DNA from: a virus
DNA length: 64,000 nucleotides
Virus record (IMG/VR): IMGVR_UViG_3300033388_004609
Location: 22,349 to 86,348 of that record
Direction: 5' to 3' (one strand)
The position numbers and the translations under genes are program-made. Numbering within the stretch: position 1 is the stretch's first letter; the number at the start of each line of letters is the position of its first letter. The notes under the pieces were generated by a model, which was given only the letters and a program-made list of their open reading frames with translations, had not been told where the DNA came from and made no database searches. Of the stretch, positions 51,701 through 64,000 are shown one piece after another.

Positions 51701-54700
51701 TCCTGTAAGCTGCAAATATATGCGGATTGGATTTGAAGTAATTACTTATATCATGCGAGAATTTCGTATCCACTTTTGCCTCTTCGGTTGTGGTACCATC
51801 ATCATTTAATTCCTTACCGAATACCCTATCTGCAAACTCCATCTGTTCATCCATTGCAGCTACACCATCTGGCATATTATTTATAAGGTTGGTGAAAAAT
51901 GAAAGTTTTGTCATGTCAGTACTTAATGCCATTGCCTTACTCCATACATTCTCAAGTACTGATAATTGATTAACGAAGAACTCTCTATCTGCCTTGGTAA
52001 TCTTATCCGGATGGTTATTAATTAGATCACGCATATCTTTTCGCCACTTCATCCCCTTCTCTAACATCTCATCATTCACCTCAATTAATTCCAATTGGTT
52101 AACCTCTTCTACACCTAATCCTTTTAATAATAATTTCTTTGTTGCTGAATAACCATTGAATTTTTCTTTACTAAGGAATTTTATTGCAGGTTGTACCATT
52201 ATATTATTTAAGGTTTTTATATTAACCCCATGTCCTTTAAGTACAATAAATTCATTAATAGTATTTTTATTAATATTAAGCCTTGGAAGGATCATCAACT
52301 TAACATTATCCACTGCGGAGTTAAGAAACCCATCAAGGATCTCCCATGTTGTTAATTCCTTATTCTCCTTACCATCCTTATCCAATTCGTAATCCCGTAT
52401 CTGGTCATGCTCCACTCCATTAATTACTATTCTTATTGTCTTATCTTTTTTTGAACTCTCATCATAATCCTTTACAATCTTAGGACTTGTCTGTCCTTCA
52501 CCTGCACGCATCATGTAAGCTAACATCTTTATACCATTAGCAAATATTCCTATTGATTCACTACCTCTAAATACTGCATCATGTGCAGCCATGTTATCTA
52601 AAGGATTAGAAAGGTCAAGATATAATCCCTCTTTCTCAAGTTCTTTTTTAGTTAGTTTTCTAATCTTATTTAGCCTATTAATATCTTCTTCAATAAATTT
52701 TGTATTGATAGAGGTTAACATTCTTTCTCTATTCCTCTCGGCAGAGAATGCTTCAAGAAATGCCTCCACAACAACGTTCTTATGATAACCGATTAAGGTT
52801 TTGTTATCCCAATCCTTTGCTGGCTGATCAGCTAATACTAACTTACCGTCTTTATTCTTTGAATACCCAATAGGATCACCTTTATCATTAAGAACCCGGG
52901 AAATAACAAACAACTCATCTACATCAAAGTCTGAACCATGTAAAGGAACAAGTTCTTTAGGAGCAACAACCACGTTAGTATCTAGTGTATCATAAAACCC
53001 AACTACCCTTAATGGTACTGCACTGTGCATCTCAGAGGAAGGCAAACGAAAGCCGAAAGCATCATTATAAAGAAATATCCCTGTTTCTTCTTTACCTTGT
53101 TTCCATAAACTATCTATTCTATCTTCATAACTTTTAGATAACATTCCCCTGGTGACTAATACTTCTGCATAAAGATTACCATTCTCATCTTCTTTATATT
53201 GTAATTCTTCTCCATTTGGTTTTTTAATACCCAATGAAGTCTGCAATACATGCACACGACCCGGGAACCTCATACGAACAGTATCCTTTGTTAAGGCAGA
53301 GGATAGGTGTACAGCCACGCTACTGGCAATTGCAGGGAAGTCAACACTTAACCCTTCGGATAACATCTCATGCTTTCTCTCCTGACCAGGAGTATTAAAC
53401 AAGGACATCATCTTACTTTTTAATCCTTTTACAGATAATTCTTTTTCAAATTTATCCAGTCCATCTTCTATAATCCATGTTAATGACTTGTATGCTTTTG
53501 CTGCTGACTCAACATTTGTCCCTAAGATATTAAGGAAATATATCAACTGTGAAGGATTAGCTATCTCATCTGTGATAGAAGATTTAGGGTTCTGGCTTAT
53601 CCGAAAATTCTCATTTGATAATTCCATGACAGAGTTCTCATCATACTTAAACTCCTCACCAGTCTTACTTGTAATATCACCCCACCCAACAGTAACAGAA
53701 GGATTACCAACCTTAACAGCACTATCAAGCACTGCCTCACCAATCCCTTCATCTCTCATGTTCTGTCTTAAATTCCTTAATTCCGGATGATCAGCCACCA
53801 GATCATCACTAAGCACAATAACAGAATACTTCACACCTCTTGTAATCCCTTTACTACAAGTACCAAAATAAACTGGTTTTAAAACATTTATAAGATCATA
53901 AGCATTATCAAACCCTCTATTTATCTCATCAAATCTCTCTGGCGTAATAAACCCCTGTCCATCACCAGGCATATAGTCACCAAATTTTTGTAATACTTTT
54001 GATACATCCTTTCTCTTAAGCAATCTTTGTAAGAATCCCTCAAGATTTTCTTTTTTCTCAACAGGATCTTTTATTACAATTGACTTGTAGGTTTTTCGCA
54101 TCCCGAAATCTTCATTGATAAACCCTTTCATTCCGGGAGCAAATACTAATGCCATCCTCTTAAGTAAATCATTACCATTCTTATACTGTGCAAAATCACC
54201 TGCTACCAGTTGGTTAAGGTTATATGAATTAACATAGTTGTTTGACACGTAGGCATGAATCATCGGTAATAGATCCTCACGAGATAAAACATACTTACCG
54301 TCTTCACGTACCCGTAATCCACCTTCATGCTTCTTGTTCATCTCTTTCATGTCCCAGGTAGAGAAAGTATCGCTATCAATAAATTTATTTAGATTAGTTA
54401 TTTTAAACAGATCTTGATCAAGATTAACACTCTCTGCTATAATAGCATCTGTAACCTCTGTTGAAAGGTTAAGTAATTCAGTATACATTCTCCTCGTTAA
54501 CCCGGAAATTTCTTTCTCTGTCAATGGTTTCTTTCGTAAATCCCTACCATCCAGCACATCTTCTAAAATAGAAAGGTTAATAAGCTTATCAGTTTTAAAA
54601 TTTGCAAGTGTTGTTTCAAAACTTTCATCCCTGTTCATTATCTGTCTTAGCATATCACCAAGTGCAGCTTTCACTTGTTCAGGTTTCAATACCCCTACCT

Positions 54701-57700
54701 CTGCACCTATAATATTGGGTCGTTCAGCAATAGTATAGAAGTACTGGGTGTATTTCTCATTACCTTTTCTCGATGTTTTAAGATGTGCTAAGAATCCATA
54801 TACGAAATTCCTTGCAAGGAAATCTTTATTCAATTCTTTTTTATAAGGAGTAATATACTCTACACCTCTCCAGTCTGTATCCCTCATCCCATCGTGATCC
54901 ACTAAACTATAAATATGATTTAATCCACGAACAAATATATTATTCTTAAAGAATTTTGTTTTTAAATGTTCCGGTAAACTAAGAGTAGAAAATTTTCCTA
55001 CACCGCGATAATCACTTGTTGATTTCCTATTAATAAGATTGAAAAGGATATCATGTGCCTGTGATGCCTGGCTCCATACATACTTGTTTTTCCCTTCTGC
55101 ATCTCTTATTGATGTTGCTCTTATAAATTCATTGTTATGATTAATTAACTCTGCGAGATTACGCACAAGCGATACTCCATCATTCTCCAATGCTTTCTCA
55201 AACGAATCTGAATCTGTTACTAACTGTGTATGTGTCTGAACAAATTCAATAATATCATCTCTTACGGTATTAATATTATTCTCCGGTAAATAAACTGCAA
55301 GGTACCCAAGGTCTATTGATGCGAGGAATGCTCTTACAAATTCTACCGGTTCATCTTTATACTTCTCTATAAGTGTCGGTATCTCTACATCACGTACATT
55401 ATTCCATGTATTGAGGTTTTTAAATTTCTCTCTCAGGGCATTCCTTACTGTTGCAGCTATTGATGAGTTGGGCCCAAGTGCTTTCCCTACGATGTATGCT
55501 ATCTTGTATAATCCATTATCCATCTTACTCCTACCTACCTTAACATGCTTCTCTTTTTGTGATGCGAAATTGTTCATCAACCCACGGATAGTATTGCCGG
55601 ACATTTCTTTTTGTAATAATATTCCAAGCACATCATCACTTATATCAACCTTACGGGATATATTACCAATATAATCAACTGTGCTTTGATTAGTTCCTCT
55701 CTTAATAATTGCTATTCCCTTTTGTTTAGCTTCGTTTATTCCTATTACATCCTCTACTCCATCTTCACTATAGATAAATGTATCTTCATTAATAAACTTA
55801 CCGGTAGTTGGTAATAATTGTCCCTTAAGCTTTCCTTCCTTAACTTGTTTTGTTGCAGCAAGTTCCCACTCATCTATAAAGTAATCCAGTACTGCTCTTG
55901 TACGCTCATGACTACCGTTCTTTTTCCATGCCTGTCCTAACTGTTCAAAGAATCTTTCATTACCTGGCTGTAATCCTTCTACAAGTTGAAGCATACGAAT
56001 ATAGCTCTCTCTCCAATTCAGAAACTTCTTACCTAGTTTAATACCCGATAAGAAATCTTTTATGCTCTCGGTAACTTTCGCTTCACGATCAACTTGGTCA
56101 TTTTCTACTGTATGCTTACCAATTACTCCATCTCCAAGCTGTTTCCAGTTTTCAAATATCTCTCCATCAGACAGTTTTTCCGTAGGATTAATTATCCCAC
56201 GTGTCTTAAAGCTCCTGTTAGGATAAATATCTTTTACAAGTCGATCAAAGTTCACATACTTACCGTCTTTATTTGTTAATAGCATAGTATTAAATAATCC
56301 CTTATACTCAATCCACCTTGCTACATCCTTAAACAACTCATCATCTTCTTCTGATGCTTCTTTATTATCCTGAATACGATTATATAACTCAGTCATATCT
56401 TTATTAAGATCATCAAGCACCATATGATAAAGCTCCTTACGAGTCAAAGGTAAGCCCATATAGCCACTTTTAATACGCTTGTGGTACTTACTCTCGACTA
56501 TTGCTCTTGCGTTGATGTATGACTCTAATGTACCCCATACCTTGACTATATTTTTAAGTGCTCTGGTAATATCCACATAAGGAATTAACAAATCATTATA
56601 AAATCCTCTCTCGATCCTATTAAAATATGTATCAAGTGACGAACTATTATCACTTAAGAAATTAAAGTATCTTAATATCTTATTAAATATTTTTCTTATA
56701 AAAGAAGACTTAACAACTTTCTCATTACTTCTCCACTCCTGAAATTTAAGAGCTATCTCTTCCTCAATCTCCACCTGTGTCATTAATTTTGTCTGCGGAT
56801 ACTCTTTATTGAAACTCTCCATAAACAATCTCTGTTCACCGGTAGTAAGATACTGGTTGAATATCTTATGGAATACTTCGTGGCGTACAATATTTTCATG
56901 TACTGTACCATCTTCATTTTTAAGTATATAAAGCACACCGTTCTTAAATAATCCCCAAACATTATCTCCATGCAAAACATCCAATGTCATCTGATCAACA
57001 AATTGTATCATATCTTTATCCATTCCCGGGACAAGTCTTTTAGCCAATGCCTGTGCCTGTGCAATAGATATCCTCTTTCCTAGTCCTGCCGTTGCATCTT
57101 TCTTTAAGGTCCTTGCATTTATATCATCGTCAAGTTCATCTGATATGTTTTTCTTTTTCTTAGTTATTTTTTCAACTACTTTTTTAGCAGCTTTCTTAAT
57201 CTCGGCAACTTTACCCTCATCAAGCTTTACTTGTATTCTTGTAGGATTAACCTTCTCGAATGATGTAGCAAGTTTACTCTCAAGTTCCGAATTGTCTTTA
57301 GAAAGGTCTATATTTTCTCCAAGCTTATTAATATCTTCATAATCAAGAGGCAACCATAGTTCTTCATGCTCATCTGTTTCTTTATTAAATGTTAATAACT
57401 GATCAAGTGTTTCAGATGTAATAGTAGGGATAGTATATTGTTTTCTCTTCTCATTCAATTCTTCCTGTGTAGCAAATCCCATCTCTATAAGTGCACTCTC
57501 TGCTTCAACAATATTATTAGCATTAACAATGGTAAATTTCGTTCTTATATTCGCTGGTAAGTTGTTGCGTAATATTCTTATAAGCTCTTTATAATACTGT
57601 CCATATGTATCTTCACCAGCAAGTAATGATTTACCATAAGTTATCTTAACACCCTTACTGGAGAATGAAACTCTAAAACGTGTATCTCCTGTCTTTGGAT

Positions 57701-60700
57701 TAGCAGTTGCCAATAGATTAATTGTACTCTGAGCCAACCCCTCACCTGCCTTAAGAGCATCTTGGTAAATATATCTTCCTTTATCTTTTAAGTCAGTTGG
57801 ATCTGCCTCTTTCACAAATCCGGTATTCTCATTAGTTTTACTTTGTTCAAAGATGAATTTATTATCACTGGTATCTATATAAGAATTATTTCCTTTCTTA
57901 TCCTTGTACTTACGCATCTCTTCTTCACTTGCAAAAGATACTCTCTCTTTCCCATATCCATAAAACAATCTTATTACAGGATCAATGTTCTTATTCAGTT
58001 GATTAAACTGGTCTTCTGTTATATCGGGTAAGAATTGTTTATTCTTTTCATCTTTTTGGTATGCTTCATAGGTCCATTGTGGAATTTCTTTTGCAACTAT
58101 CTCCTTACCATCCAGCTCATAATTATTACTAAATCTTTTTATAAGAGAATTAAATGATGCTTGTCCAAGTTTCCCTATACCTATCTCTTCAAGTACCTTT
58201 ATAGCATCTCTGAATTGCATCAGCTCCTGTATTCCTCTATCACCTTTCATTAACCTTCTTGGGTTAAGTCTTATATATTGTGTGGCTACAGGTTTCCCTT
58301 CTCCTTGTCTTTTCCATGCAGTAGTTCTTATGATAAGATAAGGTACACCTGCATAGAAATGTGTTTCAGCTATTTTCTCTCCTTCGAATAATTCAGTATT
58401 CTTAAATATCTTAACTGATATCTCTGTAGTTGTTTTGCCTCTGCGATGAAAACCCAGGTTAAATTTATCCATTAACCGGTTTAGGATACCTACTCCTTTA
58501 TCAGTAGTTTTTTCAGAATACTTATATGTTAAAGGATGACTAGCTTGTAAATATCCTTCAAGTAGTATTGATGGATGATTTTCTTTAAAAAGTAATTGTC
58601 CACGCCTGTTAAGCCCATTATATACTGTCTTATCACTCTTGCTTTTACTTATAATTTTATCATGAAGGTCTCTTAGTGTCTTGGATTTTTCAAGGTCTTC
58701 CATCCCAACTACACCTATCAGGTGCCAGTTCTCTCCTGCTACCGGTTGTCCGTTGTTATTTAATTCTTCTGCTACAATATGTATCTCTGGGCGTTTAGCT
58801 TTTTCGTTATAAACCATTATGTATTTTACTATCTGTACTTGTGGTCCACCATGTACTCCTTTTTTATGATAATTTATATTACCGTAAGAAGGAAATTCAA
58901 CTTCATGTACTCCTTTCACATCTACCGAAGGAGCTTCTATAATCTCTCCTGATTCAATTTTAATAGTGGTTGCTGAATGTGCCTCACCCTGTCCTGATTC
59001 ATCTTCTACCTGTGGTGTTTCATTGCCTTCAATATCACTATCGGTTATATCCCTCATCTGGCTTGTAGTAGGCTTAGACTTGTTTATAATTTCTTTGCCT
59101 AATATTTGTGCTTCAAATGCCAATCTTTCTGAATACTCGTTATTAGCCTGTTTAATATCTTCTTTTGCTTTATCCTTATCATATTCCTCACTTTCCAGTA
59201 TCTCATTTTTAAATGTATTTGTATGATCAAATATAAAAATATATTGTTTTGCTCTCGACAAAGCAGTATACATTGCTGTATTATACTTATAAGCTCCCTC
59301 TCCCCCCTCTCTAATATCCACATACACTTCATCCCACTCAATCCCTACTGCATCAATAACGGTTTCTACATCTGCAAATTCTTGCATATCATCATACTTT
59401 GCTTTACCTTTTTCGTCTGCTACGATAATTACTTTTGTACGATTATTTTTTGAATGTACCTTTACTTGATTCTTTAACTCTTCTGTAGTAGTTCCTACAT
59501 GCACCCCAGTTGCTGATTTACCCAATGGTGCATTTGCCCTGGCAACAATCCCTCTTACGCTACGTGTGTTGTCCTGAAACTTATTCTGCACATCAAGCAC
59601 TGACGATACATTACTACGATACACAATAGTTAATGGTTGAAGTTCATGTATGTTAATCTGTCCCCTCTCGGAAGCATTTATATCTGGTTCTGTAGTAAAA
59701 GATTTATTTATTTGCGTGGGATCACCAAGCACAATTACCTTAACCGGATCTCCTTTACGTAATTTATTTATTTCATTTATTGTTTCTCCAAGAGTATTTA
59801 ATTGTTTTGAATCTAATGCTCCTATCTCATCAATAACAATCACCTTTATCTCATCACCGATCTTCTCTGGACTTAACTCATTTGTAAGTATCCCTTCTTT
59901 CTCCGGATTAAGTGAATCGTGTATTGTTTTTATCTGTTTATTACCGTGCGAAACAACTACAAACTCATTTGCTTTAAGTCCGAAACTATTAATCATCCAC
60001 TTAGCAACAATAGTAGTCTTTCCTGTACCAGCCAGTCCTTTCATGTAAGCCCATTCCTGAAACTTCTTAAGCCCTTTGCCAAGTTTTAGGTTAAACCATT
60101 TTACTCCTTGCCGTATAGCATTTACTTGCTGGTTTGAAGGAGCTTTATCTTCTGACTTTTGTAATTCAATTTCTGTCATTACCTGATCACCTATTCTTGC
60201 ATCTGATTCAAGTGTGGTAACAGCATTTATTAAGTTCTCAATTTTCAATTGCAGGTCCAGAATACTCAAGAGCTCATCTTTTGTAATCCCATTATGTCCT
60301 GTATCGGGTTCGTTCTCAAGACTTGTTTTTAACTGTAATACATCCTTATTGTTTTTATATACATCAAGAGCAACTTTGTTTGTTGCCGTCTTTAATCCCT
60401 TTGCACGATTTACCAATGCTTCAAATTGCTTAACAGGATTCTGACCGTAAAATTCTAATTGATTTTGAATAGTCCCTGTTTTAAGTAACATCTTGAGAGT
60501 AGGAAATCCAAGAAACAATTTCTTAAACTCATCAACCATTCCTGATATTTTATTCTCTATAACATCAATAACCTTATCACTCCTACCGGTATCTTTTACC
60601 TTATCGAGTATCTTATCTGCAAATATCTTATAGAATTTTGCATCTCTCTCACCCATCTTAGCCTTGCTTGCTTCTTCTATAATAGCATCGAACTCTTTAT

Positions 60701-63700
60701 GACCAATAGTATTACGTAATTCATTATATAATTCTTCGTCAATGATTTTCCATTTACCTGTTTTCTGATCAACAGACATACCGATAGAGTTGAATGATAC
60801 CTCGTTAAGATTCTTCTGGAAGTTAACATTTGCTGCTACCTTATTATTCAGGTTCTCTACTGCAACCTTAAGCACTTCGTTCATTCTTATTAATTGCTTA
60901 TCAACAGATTCTATGAACCCCTTAAACTCTTTACTTTCAAGTAACTTAGCCCTCTCTTCTCCTTTATAAATTCTTTTTATCTCTTTGAGTTTATTTATTG
61001 TATTCTGGACCTCACTAACATTAGTAAATGTTTCCGGGTTAGCTTTAAAGTTTGAGTCTGTATTCCGAGATGATTGTACGGGCATATCACCGAACATTCT
61101 TTTGAAATGCCGGTCCTCTGCTATTCTACTTCTGAACCTTGCTGGTTTACTCTTATTCTTAGTATCTTCTTTAAATTCTTCAAAGAAAGTTTTTAATTCA
61201 TTTAATGCCTTCTCATTCTCTTCTGCCATCCTCACAATTTCTTGGTCATCTTTAACCTTTTGCTGATCTTCTGCAAGTTTCTGTTCTTTTACCTGCTTTT
61301 GTTTAGTAAGATCATTAATAATCCCCTCGTTCTCTTTTATGCTTTTCTGTGCTTCTAAGGCCCTTTTACTTTTTCCGGCACCTCTGGCCATTAATTTAGT
61401 TAACGTCCCTGAGGCCTTCTCTAAAGCATCTTGTGCTTTCTTTATTTCAATATCCTCATCATATGCTGCTTCGCCACCACTTAATATACTCTCTACCTCT
61501 TGCTCGGTTTTTTTATCAAGGAATTTTTCTATATTATTCTCTGCTACCCTGGCACTCTCTTTCTGTGCTTCAAGTTTATCCTCTTCAATGTTTATTACTC
61601 CTTGTAACTTTTCAACATCTTCTTTAGTAATCTTCTGTTTATTACCTTGCATGTAGCTGATTACTTCTTTTGCCTCAATCTCCCCTTTCTTAACCTGCTC
61701 AATCATATTCTCTATAGTACCGGACACCATAGCATCTGCACCCACCTTATAGAAGTATTCATTCCTTAATCCAAATTCTCCATGTCTGAATGCTTCATCT
61801 TTTGTAAGAGCGAATATAGAATTGGGATCTTCCAATCCACGTATAGCTTGTTGCTCCTTTAGATCATATTCTAATTGACCAATAAGAATCTTATTAGGTT
61901 CTTCTTTCTTTTTCTCTTCTGTAATTTTTGTTTCAAGATCAGTAAAAGCATTTCTCTCCTTGTTGTATTCATTAAATAACTTCTTCTGTTGTTTTTTATC
62001 CAAGAATGCATTAGTAATCTTTTGTGAATCTTCAATTAGTTTATCCAGTTCTATTTTAGCCTGTTCTTTGTTAGTTAATAATTTACTTGCTTCATACGAA
62101 TTTCTTTTAATAGCTTCATAAAACAATGCTTTCTTTATTTTATTTTTAAAATCTACAAACGTTTCATCTCCTGTAAGATCTTCTATACCTATTAATTTAT
62201 TTTCTATCTCATCATATATGTTTTTGAACTTTTGAATATCAGCTTTTGCCATTCTCTTTTGAATACCGATCAATTCATCTTCTTCCGTAACAGAATCAAT
62301 CTCTCTTTCCTCCAACGCTTCTATTGCTTCATCAACATTCTCGAACAAAGGATTAGATATGTAACCATAAAATCTTCTTGATAATATTTCATCTTTTAGT
62401 GTTTTCTCATATATTGGATCATTTTTAATGGTTGCAACTAATAATTCATCCCAAATCCTTTTATCTCCTATCTGCTGATAAAACATCTTCATTGCTTTCT
62501 CAACATCAATCTCTGTCTTGCCATCTTTATTCAATAATGTCTCTACAGTTTTTTCAATCTGGTTACCATCTTCATCTTTTTCTGTAACAGTTTTAGAAAA
62601 TGTTTTATAAACTGATTTAATATTATCAGGATACTGCACATCAGCTACTTTTAATACAGCATCTAACATCTTTTCTCTATCTTCAATTTCAGCAATAGTT
62701 TTTCTTTCCTGAAATGCTTCTTTTATTCCCGCTCTACCACCATAAAGACCACCAACAATTGCTCCTAGCACCATTGCTTTCTGTCCTTCTGGTATCGAGA
62801 AATTATTTACCCATTCATTCGCATATCCTTCAAGCCAACTCACATCAGTTTCACCAGACATCTTTTTCGTTTCATATCTTTGAAAAGCTGCCTGCGGACC
62901 CTCTTCTAACAATGATTCAGAAGCCATACTCCCACCCACTTTCTTCATAGCATTGAACCAGACATTAACATCTTTTGAAGATAATTTACCAGCTTTTACA
63001 AGCTCTTTCATCTTCTTTGCATTTTTCCCTACACCACCAAAAAACATTCTTGACTGAATTAAATTAGGTACAGCAAGAAGTGCAGCATTAGCAACAAACG
63101 TATTCATTGCAGGAGTGGCAGCTTCATACTTAACATCCAGCATATCTTTCTCGGGTAATTCTTTATAAGACATTCCGTATCTATCCCATGCTATTTGCTC
63201 ACGTAAATTAGTATTTAATTCATCAGCTTCCATCCCAGCCTCTCCAAATGTATTCAGAACTGTTGCTCCTGCAAGTTGAAAAGTTTTTAAGCCTTTCCCT
63301 GCAAGACCAATCCCTTTACCAACTGCTCCTACACCAGCACCGATTCCATATGCCGCAAGTGAAAAAGCCACGGCATCAAAAGCATCATCATACCAAAACT
63401 TGGGTGTACCCATCTGTTGAAGAATATTCCCTTTATAATATTCTTTTTTACCATGAATAGGAAATTGTTCTCTTAATTGTTCATCAGCAACTCTAGCTCC
63501 ATCTGCTAACAAATTATCCCATATTATAGACGGATCTTTTATCATTCCCGGAGTACCTAATTCGTGTGCAAACCATAATGCTCCAGCTGCATGACCAATC
63601 ATTCCAGCCATCTTGGGCACGATAGATGCACCCCTACTAACAAGACCTCGTGAAAATTTACTCCATCCTGATTGGACTTCCCCCTTCATATATTCTTCAC

Positions 63701-63938
63701 TCTCATAAGGCATTGCCTGTCCGGTAAGGAATTTTCCTGATTCTTCGGTCGCCATCCTTGTATGTTCTCCAAAAAGGGAAGGATCTGACAAATCAAACAA
63801 AGCATTACCTCTTGCTGATTTAACAAACCCTTGTTCGCTTGGTCTTATAGGAAGATTGTTCTCGTCTAGTTGCTGAACATTAAGGAGACCTGCGTCATAA
63901 AGATGATAACGCGATCCTTTTCTTTTACCATTTGCCAT
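45793..63938 (-). CDS. Giant virion RNA polymerase polyprotein (~6,040 aa once two frame breaks at ~47290 and 46611-46648 are repaired)
   Basis: RNAP motifs PGDGQGF and HGSDFDVD (52917-52931); SF1 helicase motifs GLAGTGKTT, VIDEIG, LGDPTQ, YRS, YTALSRA; HEVFH and HELFH zincins; GSIDLL...ITDFKTG...Q..LYA nuclease. The track ORFs 47226..63938, 46610..47296 and 45793..46683 form one reading unit. Confidence 0.85.
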
Positions 63939-63946
63939 ATTAGAAA

Positions 63947-64000
63947 TTATTGATTATTACCAAGATATCTTTCTGCTAATTCTTTATAGCGTTTCTCAAA
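63947..64000 (-). CDS. 3' end of an upstream gene (partial)
   Basis: ...FEKRYKELAERYLGNNQ* ends 8 nt before the polyprotein ATG. Confidence 0.5.
   Translation of the reverse strand, partial: FEKRYKELAERYLGNNQ

Noticed and set aside
48169-63460. Many plus-strand ORFs opposite the polyprotein (and similar ones opposite TerL and DnaB)
   Set aside because: Ser/Leu/Phe-rich antisense shadows with no motifs or start context.
1-64000. Stop-codon reassignment (TAG=Gln or TGA=Trp) as in some crAss-like phages
   Set aside because: Long ORFs are intact in code 11, TAG and TGA end genes at sensible places, and no suppressor tRNA is present.
1-64000. CRISPR array, DGR/reverse transcriptase, group I/II intron, integrase
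   Set aside because: No regularly spaced repeats, RT motifs, intron-split genes or recombinase motifs were seen by eye.

Overview
A 64-kb AT-rich fragment of a crAss-like (Crassvirales-type) phage of a Bacteroidota host. Evidence for this: crAss-type portal and TerL, an HU/IHF-like protein, a giant virion RNA polymerase, TAnnTTTG host promoters and no Shine-Dalgarno sites. The genetic code is standard. Left arm (1-19.7 kb, minus strand): portal (partial), terminase with a LAGLIDADG intein ending in Gln, GroES, an SSB-like protein, a six-gene glycosylation/radical-SAM cluster, a Rha/antirepressor and many small ORFs. Centre: divergent host promoters, six tRNAs, a G-tract-rich non-coding region and a tmRNA. 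The 21-45 kb plus strand holds early/replication genes (DnaA-C HTH, HNH, DnaB, SMC-like ATPase, PD-(D/E)XK nuclease, TOPRIM, JAB/RadC, ThyX). Right arm (minus strand): a reconstructed ~6,040-aa polyprotein with SF1 helicase, two zincins, RNAP and a nuclease, broken twice near its 3' end. Top finding: the tRNA array appears to be controlled by a his/trp-style ribosome-dependent attenuator. A 26-codon leader peptide missing from the ORF track (19812-19892, MKKKLHTLVLLQPHLPRGHNKERYMF) is packed with the codons read by the six downstream tRNAs. It has mutually exclusive 1:2, 2:3 and 3:4 hairpins and a terminator ending 1 nt before tRNA-Pro. All five G36 tRNAs carry A37 instead of G37. The inferred function is a sensor that switches on replacement tRNAs when the matching host tRNAs fail. 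All protein calls come from motif recognition by eye; no database searches were run.
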